A DNA stretch of 64,000 nt from Rubrivivax sp. GTDB lineage: Bacteria; Pseudomonadota; Gammaproteobacteria; Burkholderiales; Burkholderiaceae_C. The translations under genes were made by a program, and so were the position numbers. The notes under the pieces were generated by a model that was not told the DNA's origin, ran no database searches, and saw only the letters and a program-made list of their open reading frames with translations. Positions 56,067 through 64,000 of this stretch are shown here, piece by piece; positions within the stretch are counted from its first letter, which is position 1, and each line of letters begins with the position of its first letter. Where the stretch lies: contig JBILSM010000004.1 in assembly GCA_044372085.1 (NCBI GenBank), positions 3,833 to 67,832 on the forward strand. Direction: 5' to 3'.

Positions 56067-56726
56067 TCACACCAGCTTGATGGGCGCGGCCTGTTCCGGC
56101 CTGCAGCCTCGGACCGAGCCGAGGCGCTTCTCGATCTCGGCGAAATCCAGGTCGGGATCTCCGCTGAGTTGCAGGCAGGAGTGCACCCCCACACGCCGAC
56201 GCCCGAAGTCCAGGTGCGCCAGGGCCAGGGGCACCTGCGCGCTCACGGCCACGCGGTAAAAGCCGCTGCGCCAACCCGGCCCGAGCGCGCGCGTGCCCTC
56301 GGGCGCGACCACCAGCCACATGAACTCGTCGCGCTCGCGCGCCTGGCGTATCTGCCGGGCCATGTCGGCCACGATGCCCCCTGGCGCGCTGCGGTTGACC
56401 GGCACGCCCCCCATCCAGCGCAGCCAGGGGCCGAACAACGGGATGCGGAACAACGAGTCCTTGCCCCAGATGGTGGCGCTCATGCCCATGGCCCACTTGG
56501 CGAAGATGCCGACGATGAAGTCCCAGTTGGAGGTGTGCGGGTAGACGGCGATCACCCCCTGGCGGGCCGGCAGGCCGTCGAAGTCCAACTGCCAGCCTGC
56601 GCGCTGCAGGCACCACAGCGCCAGGCGGCTGCCCTTGAACTGCACGGGGCGCTCCCGCAGTTCCTGCGGCCCCAAGACCATCAGGGGCTGTGAATCTGAG
56701 GGGACCGGTCTGGGGACGGCATTCAT
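56067..56726 (-). CDS. 1-acyl-sn-glycerol-3-phosphate acyltransferase family (PlsC-like)
   Basis: PHTSNWDF (HxxxxD), GKDSLF, PVNR, APEGTR, GFY; ATG overlaps the purD stop. Confidence 0.9.
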   Translation of the reverse strand: MNAVPRPVPSDSQPLMVLGPQELRERPVQFKGSRLALWCLQRAGWQLDFDGLPARQGVIAVYPHTSNWDFIVGIFAKWAMGMSATIWGKDSLFRIPLFGPWLRWMGGVPVNRSAPGGIVADMARQIRQARERDEFMWLVVAPEGTRALGPGWRSGFYRVAVSAQVPLALAHLDFGRRRVGVHSCLQLSGDPDLDFAEIEKRLGSVRGCRPEQAAPIKLV

Positions 56727-58009
56727 CGAGGTTTGATGGCACGGTGGCCGATATCCCGTCGCCACTGCGCGCCGTCGAACGAGATGGGGTTGAGCAGGTC
56801 GTAGGCCCGTTGCTGCGCCGTGCGCACGGAGTCTCCCAGGGCGGTGACGCACAGCACGCGCCCGCCGCTGGTGCGCACCTGGCCGTCAGCGGCGCGCTCG
56901 GTGCCGGCGTGGAAGACATGGCCGTCGTCACAAGGCCCAGGCAAGCCTGTGATGACATCGCCTCTGCGCGGAGCCTGGGGATAGCCGCCTGCGGCCATCA
57001 CCACGCCCAGGGCCACGTGCCGGTCCCATTGCAACTCCAACTGGTCCAGGGTGCCGTCGGTGGCGTGCAGGAACAGGTCCAGCGGGTCGCTCTTCAGGCG
57101 CATCAGCAGCACCTGGGCCTCGGGGTCGCCCAATCGGGCGTTGAACTCCACGGTGCGCGGGCGGCCCTGGGCATCGATCATCAGGCCGGCATAGAGAAAA
57201 CCGGTGAAGGGCATGCCGTCCTTGCGCATGCCGGCCACGGTGGGGTGGATGATCTCGCGCATCACCCGGGCGTGCACCTCGGGCGTCACCACGGGTGCGG
57301 GGCTGTAAGCGCCCATGCCGCCGGTATTGGGGCCCTGGTCGCCGTCGAAGATGCGCTTGTGGTCCTGGCTGGTGGCCAGCGAGACCACGTTCACCCCGTC
57401 ACAGGCGACGATGAAGCTGGCCTCCTCACCGGCCATGAACTCCTCGATCACCACGCGCGCCCCGCCCTCGTTGTGCTGCACGCCCAGGGTGTTGGCCGCC
57501 AGCATGTCGTCGATGGCGGCGTGCGCCTCTTCCTCGGTCAGGGCCACCACCACGCCCTTGCCTGCGGCCAGGCCGTCGGCCTTGATGACGATGGGGGCGC
57601 CGTGGGCCCGCACATGCTCGTGCGCCGGCACGGGGTGGCTGAAGGTGGCGTAGTGCGCCGTGGGGATGCCGTGGCGCTGCATGAAATCCTTGGCGAAGGC
57701 CTTGGAACTCTCCAACTGAGCCGCGGCCCGGGTGGGGCCGAAGATGCGCAGGCCGCGTGCGCGGAACAGGTCCACGATGCCGGCGGCCAGCGGAGCCTCG
57801 GGGCCCACCACGGTCAGGCCCACTTTCTCCTGGGCGGCAAAGTCGGCCAGGGCGTGCAGGTCCGTGATGGGCACGTTGCGCACGCCGGGTTCGCCCGCCG
57901 TGCCGCCGTTGCCGGGGGCCACGAAGACCGTCTGCACCTTCGGGCTGCCGGCAAGCTTCCAGGCCAGCGCGTGCTCGCGCCCGCCGCTGCCGACGACGAG
58001 AACCTTCAT
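56723..58009 (-). CDS. purD: Phosphoribosylamine-glycine ligase
   Basis: [57 protein letters not shown]. Confidence 0.97.
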   Translation of the reverse strand: MKVLVVGSGGREHALAWKLAGSPKVQTVFVAPGNGGTAGEPGVRNVPITDLHALADFAAQEKVGLTVVGPEAPLAAGIVDLFRARGLRIFGPTRAAAQLESSKAFAKDFMQRHGIPTAHYATFSHPVPAHEHVRAHGAPIVIKADGLAAGKGVVVALTEEEAHAAIDDMLAANTLGVQHNEGGARVVIEEFMAGEEASFIVACDGVNVVSLATSQDHKRIFDGDQGPNTGGMGAYSPAPVVTPEVHARVMREIIHPTVAGMRKDGMPFTGFLYAGLMIDAQGRPRTVEFNARLGDPEAQVLLMRLKSDPLDLFLHATDGTLDQLELQWDRHVALGVVMAAGGYPQAPRRGDVITGLPGPCDDGHVFHAGTERAADGQVRTSGGRVLCVTALGDSVRTAQQRAYDLLNPISFDGAQWRRDIGHRAIKPR

Positions 58010-58731
58010 TCGCTGATCAGGGCGTTGTGGAACACGTCTTGCACGTCGTCCAGGTCTTCCAGCACATCCAGCAGTTTCTGCATGCGTGCGGCGTCTTCGC
58101 CCGAGACTTCGATGGGGTTCTCGGCGCGCATGGTCACCTCGGCGATCTCGGGCTTCAGGCCGGCGGCCTCCAGGGCGTTCTTCACCGATTCGAAGTCGCC
58201 AGGCGCGCTCAGCACCTCGATGGAACCGTCCTCGCCAGTGACCACGTCCTCGGCGCCGGCGTCCAGCGCCACTTCCATGACGCGGTCTTCGCTCGCACCT
58301 GGCGCGAAGACGAACTGAGCGCAGTGCTTGAACTGGAAGGCCACCGAGCCCTCGGTGCCCAGGTTGCCGCCGTACTTGCTGAAGGCGTGGCGCACCTCGG
58401 CCACCGTGCGCACACGGTTGTCGGTCATGCAGTCCACGATCACGGCCGCGCCGCCGATGCCGTAACCCTCGTAGCGGATCTCCTCGTAGCTCACGCCCTC
58501 GAGGTTGCCGGTGGCCTTGTCGATGTTGCGCTTGACCGTGTCCACCGGCAGGTTCACCGCCTTGGCTTTCTCGATGGCCAGGCGCAGCCGGGGGTTGGCC
58601 CCGGGGTCACCCCCACCCAGGCGGGCGGCCACCATGATCTCGCGGATCACCCGCGTCCAGGCCTTGCCCCGCTTTTCATCCTGCCGGCCCTTGCGGTGCT
58701 GGATGTTGGCCCATTTGGAATGGCCTGCCAT
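58006..58731 (-). CDS. yebC: YebC/PmpR family protein
   Basis: [44 protein letters not shown]. Confidence 0.96.
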   Translation of the reverse strand: MAGHSKWANIQHRKGRQDEKRGKAWTRVIREIMVAARLGGGDPGANPRLRLAIEKAKAVNLPVDTVKRNIDKATGNLEGVSYEEIRYEGYGIGGAAVIVDCMTDNRVRTVAEVRHAFSKYGGNLGTEGSVAFQFKHCAQFVFAPGASEDRVMEVALDAGAEDVVTGEDGSIEVLSAPGDFESVKNALEAAGLKPEIAEVTMRAENPIEVSGEDAARMQKLLDVLEDLDDVQDVFHNALISE

Positions 58732-58877
58732 CAGATCTCCTTGCCCTGCACCCGCCGTACCGGCTGCGGAATCGGCCGGGTCGGACGCGGGGACACACGT
58801 GGTTTGTATAGACTGCCCCGAGTTTACCGGCCGCCTCTTTCGGGGGCCGTTCTTGTTGGACCCTGCCCAGGACACCC

Positions 58878-60404
58878 ATGCCCGCGCCCATCCTCGTTGC
58901 CCGCCGCGATGCCACCGAGTGCCATCTGTTGCCGGCCCTGGCCAACCGTCACGGTTTGATCACGGGGGCCACCGGCACGGGCAAGACCATCACCCTGCAA
59001 ACCCTGGCCGAGGGCTTCAGCCGCATCGGCGTGCCCGTGTTCATGGCCGATGTGAAGGGCGACCTCACGGGCATCAGCCAGACCGGTCGCGTGTCCGAGA
59101 AGCTGGCACGGGTGCTGGCCGAGCGCGGCATCGAGCCACCGGCCCCGCTGGCCTGCCCCACCACCTTGTGGGATGTGTTCGGCGAGCAAGGCCACCCGGT
59201 GCGCGCCACCATCAGCGACATGGGCCCGCTGCTGCTGTCACGCATGCTGGCGCTCAACGAAACGCAGGCGGGCGTGATGAACCTGGTGTTCAAGATCGCC
59301 GACGACCACGGCCTGGCCCTGCTGGACCTGAAAGACCTGCGCGCCATGCTGCAGCACGTGGGTGAGAACGCGAAGGACTTCACCACCCAGTACGGCAACA
59401 TCAGCGCCGCCAGCGTGGGCGCCATCCAGCGCGGGCTGCTGCAGATCGAGCAGCAAGGCGGCGACCGCTTCTTCGGCGAGCCCATGCTGGACATCGCAGA
59501 TTTCATGCAAGCGGTGGACGGCCACGGAGTGGTCAACATCCTGGCGGCCGACCGGCTGATGACGGCGCCGCGCCTGTACGCCACCTTTTTGCTGTGGATG
59601 CTGTCGGAGCTGTTCGAGACCCTGCCCGAGGTGGGCGACCTGGACAAGCCCAAGCTGGTGTTCTTCTTCGACGAGGCGCACCTGCTGTTCAACGAGGCGC
59701 CCAAGGTGCTGGTCGAGCGCATCGAACTGGTGGTGCGCCTGGTGCGTTCCAAGGGCGTAGGGGTGTACTTCGTCACGCAGAACCCGCTGGACATTCCCGA
59801 CAGCGTGCTGGGCCAGCTGGGCAACCGGGTGCAGCACGCCCTGCGCGCCTTCACCCCGCGCGACCAGAAGGCCGTGCAGTCGGCGGCCAGCACCATGCGC
59901 GCCAACCCGAAGCTGGACATCGCCACGGCCATCACCGAGCTGGGCGTGGGCGAGGCGCTGGTGAGTTTTCTGGACGAGAAGGGCCGCCCGGCCATCACCG
60001 AGCGCGTCTTCGTCATGCCGCCCGGCAGCCAGATCGGCCCGGTGACGCCGGCTCAGCGCGAGGCGCTGCGCCAGGGCTCGCTGGTGGCCGGCGTGTACGA
60101 GGCGACGGTGGACCGCGAGTCCGCCTTCGAAAAGCTCAAGGGGCGGGCATCCGCCGCAGGGGTGTCGGCAGCGGGCGGGGCAGCTTCCGGCGACGGCACG
60201 TCCGCCGACGCGGCCGCGGGCGGAGGCCTGCTGGGCGGACTGTCGGACATGCTGTTTGGCAGCACCGGCCCGCGCGGCGGACGCAAGGAAGGCCTGGCCG
60301 AAGCGGCCGCTCGCAGCGCCATGCGCAGCGTGGGGTCGGCAGTGGGCCGGGAGATCGTGCGCGGCGTGCTGGGCTCGCTGCTGGGCGGCGGACGGCGGCG
60401 CTGA
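58878..60404 (+). CDS. DUF853 / YjgR HerA-like ATPase
   Basis: [61 protein letters not shown]. Confidence 0.94.
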   Translation: MPAPILVARRDATECHLLPALANRHGLITGATGTGKTITLQTLAEGFSRIGVPVFMADVKGDLTGISQTGRVSEKLARVLAERGIEPPAPLACPTTLWDVFGEQGHPVRATISDMGPLLLSRMLALNETQAGVMNLVFKIADDHGLALLDLKDLRAMLQHVGENAKDFTTQYGNISAASVGAIQRGLLQIEQQGGDRFFGEPMLDIADFMQAVDGHGVVNILAADRLMTAPRLYATFLLWMLSELFETLPEVGDLDKPKLVFFFDEAHLLFNEAPKVLVERIELVVRLVRSKGVGVYFVTQNPLDIPDSVLGQLGNRVQHALRAFTPRDQKAVQSAASTMRANPKLDIATAITELGVGEALVSFLDEKGRPAITERVFVMPPGSQIGPVTPAQREALRQGSLVAGVYEATVDRESAFEKLKGRASAAGVSAAGGAASGDGTSADAAAGGGLLGGLSDMLFGSTGPRGGRKEGLAEAAARSAMRSVGSAVGREIVRGVLGSLLGGGRRR

Positions 60405-60410
60405 GGGTTT

Positions 60411-60959
60411 GTGCAACCAAACACCGCCCGGTCAGCCCACAAGCAGGCCACGAAGAAGAAGCCCGTCAGCATGCTGTTGAACGCGCTGGCGATCGGGCTG
60501 GCCGTCTTGGTGGCGGCGATCGGGTTGTTGCTGGCCGCCGGGCAGGCGGGGCTGCTCCGCGGCAAGCCCCCCACCTTGCTGGGGGTGCAGGGTGGACGGC
60601 TGCCTCCGCCCCATGTCACCCGCAACAACGTGCACAGCCAGGCGGGGATATGGGGAGCGCAGTACGCCCACACGGCCATCGAACCCCTGCCGGCCCAGGC
60701 GGACGGCGCACAGACCATGGAACGACTGCGTTCCCTGGTGGAGGCCACGCCCGGCGCGCAGGTGGTGAAGGCCGGGCCGGACTACCTGTACGTGCAGTAC
60801 ACGTCAAAGTGGCTGCGGTTCGTGGATGACGCGGAGTTCTGGTTCGACCCCGTGGCCCAGCGTGTTCAGGTGCGTTCGGCCTCCCGCCTGGGCGAGGGGG
60901 ACCTGGGCGTCAACCGGGCCCGCATCGAGGCCCTGCGAAAGCGGCTTGCGAATCTGTGA
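60411..60959 (+). CDS. DUF1499 family protein
   Basis: N-terminal TM; YLYVQYTS.WLRFVDD.EF, VRSASRLG.GDLGVNRARIE; start may be ATG 60471. Confidence 0.88.
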   Translation: MQPNTARSAHKQATKKKPVSMLLNALAIGLAVLVAAIGLLLAAGQAGLLRGKPPTLLGVQGGRLPPPHVTRNNVHSQAGIWGAQYAHTAIEPLPAQADGAQTMERLRSLVEATPGAQVVKAGPDYLYVQYTSKWLRFVDDAEFWFDPVAQRVQVRSASRLGEGDLGVNRARIEALRKRLANL

Positions 60960-61072
60960 ACACGAGGCCGTCAGCCCACGGCGGCGCCCGCCAGGGGCGC
61001 TGAGACACCAGCGATCTTCACCGCACCGGACACCGCAGCGGCGCCTCGCCCCCGCTGCCTAGAATCCCGGCC

Positions 61073-62901
<1,829 letters not shown>

Positions 62902-62905
<4 letters not shown>

Positions 62906-63393
62906 CTGCACACGCACACCTGCCGGCCGCCTCCCGATGGACGCGCCACACCGCGGCCTTGACGCTGGCCTTGGGGACGCTCACCGCCTGGGCCCAGCAG
63001 CCCGCGCCTGCACAGATCTTCTCCACCCAGGCCGCCCCCTCGGGCGCGGCCAGCGTGACCACCTCGACCGGCCTCATCTACACCTCGCTGAAGGAGGGTA
63101 CGGGCGCCAGCCCTCAGGCCGCCGACACGGTGCGCGTGCACTACCGCGGCACCTTCCCGGATGGCCGGGAGTTCGACAGTTCCCACAGCCGTGGCCAGCC
63201 CGCGCAGTTTCCGCTCAACCGCGTGATCCGCTGCTGGACCGAAGGCGTGCAGATGATCAAGGTGGGCGGCAAGGCACGGTTGGTGTGCCCGTCGGCCATC
63301 GCTTACGGCGAACGCGGCACGCCGGGAGGCCCCATTCCGCCCAACGCCACGCTGCACTTCGAGGTCGAGTTGCTGGGCATCGTGGGCAAGTAG
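62902..63393 (+). CDS. FKBP-type peptidyl-prolyl isomerase (exported)
   Basis: Signal peptide AWA-Q; VHYRG, FDSS, VIRCWTEG, AYG, IPPNATLHFEVEL. Confidence 0.94.
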
Positions 63394-63399
63394 CACGCC

Positions 63400-64000
63400 A
63401 TGAACGTGCCCGACACCCGGCGCCCGCATCGTGCGGTCAGGCCGGTGGCGTGGTTTGCGGCCTGCCGCGCGCTGACCGCCCTCATCTGCACCGCAGCCGG
63501 CACCGCTGTCTTTTGGGCCAGCGCCTTCGCCCAAGGCCTGGCGCCCATGCCCGTGATGGAGGAAGTGCCCTTCATCACCACGCCCGACAACGTCACCGTG
63601 TCCATGCTCGAGCTTGCCGGGGTGAACAGCCAGGACTTCGTGCTGGATCTCGGATCGGGTGACGGGCGCATCGTCATCACGGCGGCACGGCGCTTCGGTG
63701 CTCGCGGCCTGGGTGTGGAGATCGTCCCTGAACTGGTGGAGCGCAGCCGCCGCAACGCGCAAGCCGCGGGGGTGGCCGACAAGGCCGAGTTCCGCGAGCA
63801 GGACCTCTTCAAGACCGACCTCACGGCCGCCAGCGTCATCACCATGTACCTGCTGCCGGCCGTGAACCTGCAGTTGCGCCCTGCCCTGCTGGGCCTGACG
63901 CCGGGCACGCGATTGGTGTCACACGACTGGGACATGGGCCAGTGGACACCCGATCGCACCTGGACGGTGGAGGCCCCTGCCAAGTACATCGGGCGGGAGA
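63400..64000 (+). CDS. Class I SAM-dependent methyltransferase with predicted signal peptide (3' end outside window)
   Basis: Open frame from ATG 63400 (not in the ORF track): ASAFA-QG...VPFITTP...LDLGSGDGRIVI...GVEI...QDLF..DL..ASVITMYLLP...LVSHDW. Confidence 0.88.
   Translation, partial: MNVPDTRRPHRAVRPVAWFAACRALTALICTAAGTAVFWASAFAQGLAPMPVMEEVPFITTPDNVTVSMLELAGVNSQDFVLDLGSGDGRIVITAARRFGARGLGVEIVPELVERSRRNAQAAGVADKAEFREQDLFKTDLTAASVITMYLLPAVNLQLRPALLGLTPGTRLVSHDWDMGQWTPDRTWTVEAPAKYIGRE

Noticed and set aside
58878-60404. HerA-like ATPase as part of an anti-phage system (Sir2-HerA, Nezha)
   Set aside because: It is the widespread DUF853/YjgR type in a housekeeping context with typical codon usage and no nuclease or sirtuin partner.

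Overview
GC-rich betaproteobacterial chromosome segment; gene content and order suggest Burkholderiales (Rubrivivax/Ideonella/Comamonadaceae-like), which is an inference. In order, it holds: the end of an xdhB paralog; a uronate/aldarate catabolic cluster (HpcH aldolase, gudD, udh, lactonase, garD); a purine-degradation cluster (xdhABC, uraH, puuD, GntR, puuE, UraD-amidohydrolase fusion, M20 hydrolase, NMT1-type ABC transporter, orphan ureD); tamB; an uncharacterised hydroxy-acid/aldolase cluster; an omega-aminotransferase/TRAP/MocR locus; a small accessory zone ending at two tRNA-Lys genes; tcdA-yeeE-cpoB-pal-tolB/msbA; a FitAB/VapBC toxin-antitoxin pair; the rng-maf-rlmH-rsfS-nadD-hemF-purD-yebC core run; DUF853, glnS, FKBP and a truncated methyltransferase. 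I found no CRISPR array, integrase, transposase, reverse transcriptase or prophage. The best leads are: (1) a yeeE-tcdA unit that reads into its substrate tRNA-Lys gene; (2) RsfS with a long histone-H1-like tail; (3) a Tat-exported agmatine/peptidylarginine deiminase; (4) at least eight genes with a -10 box 6-7 nt before the ATG (predicted leaderless mRNAs). All functional calls come from motif recognition by eye, with no database searches.
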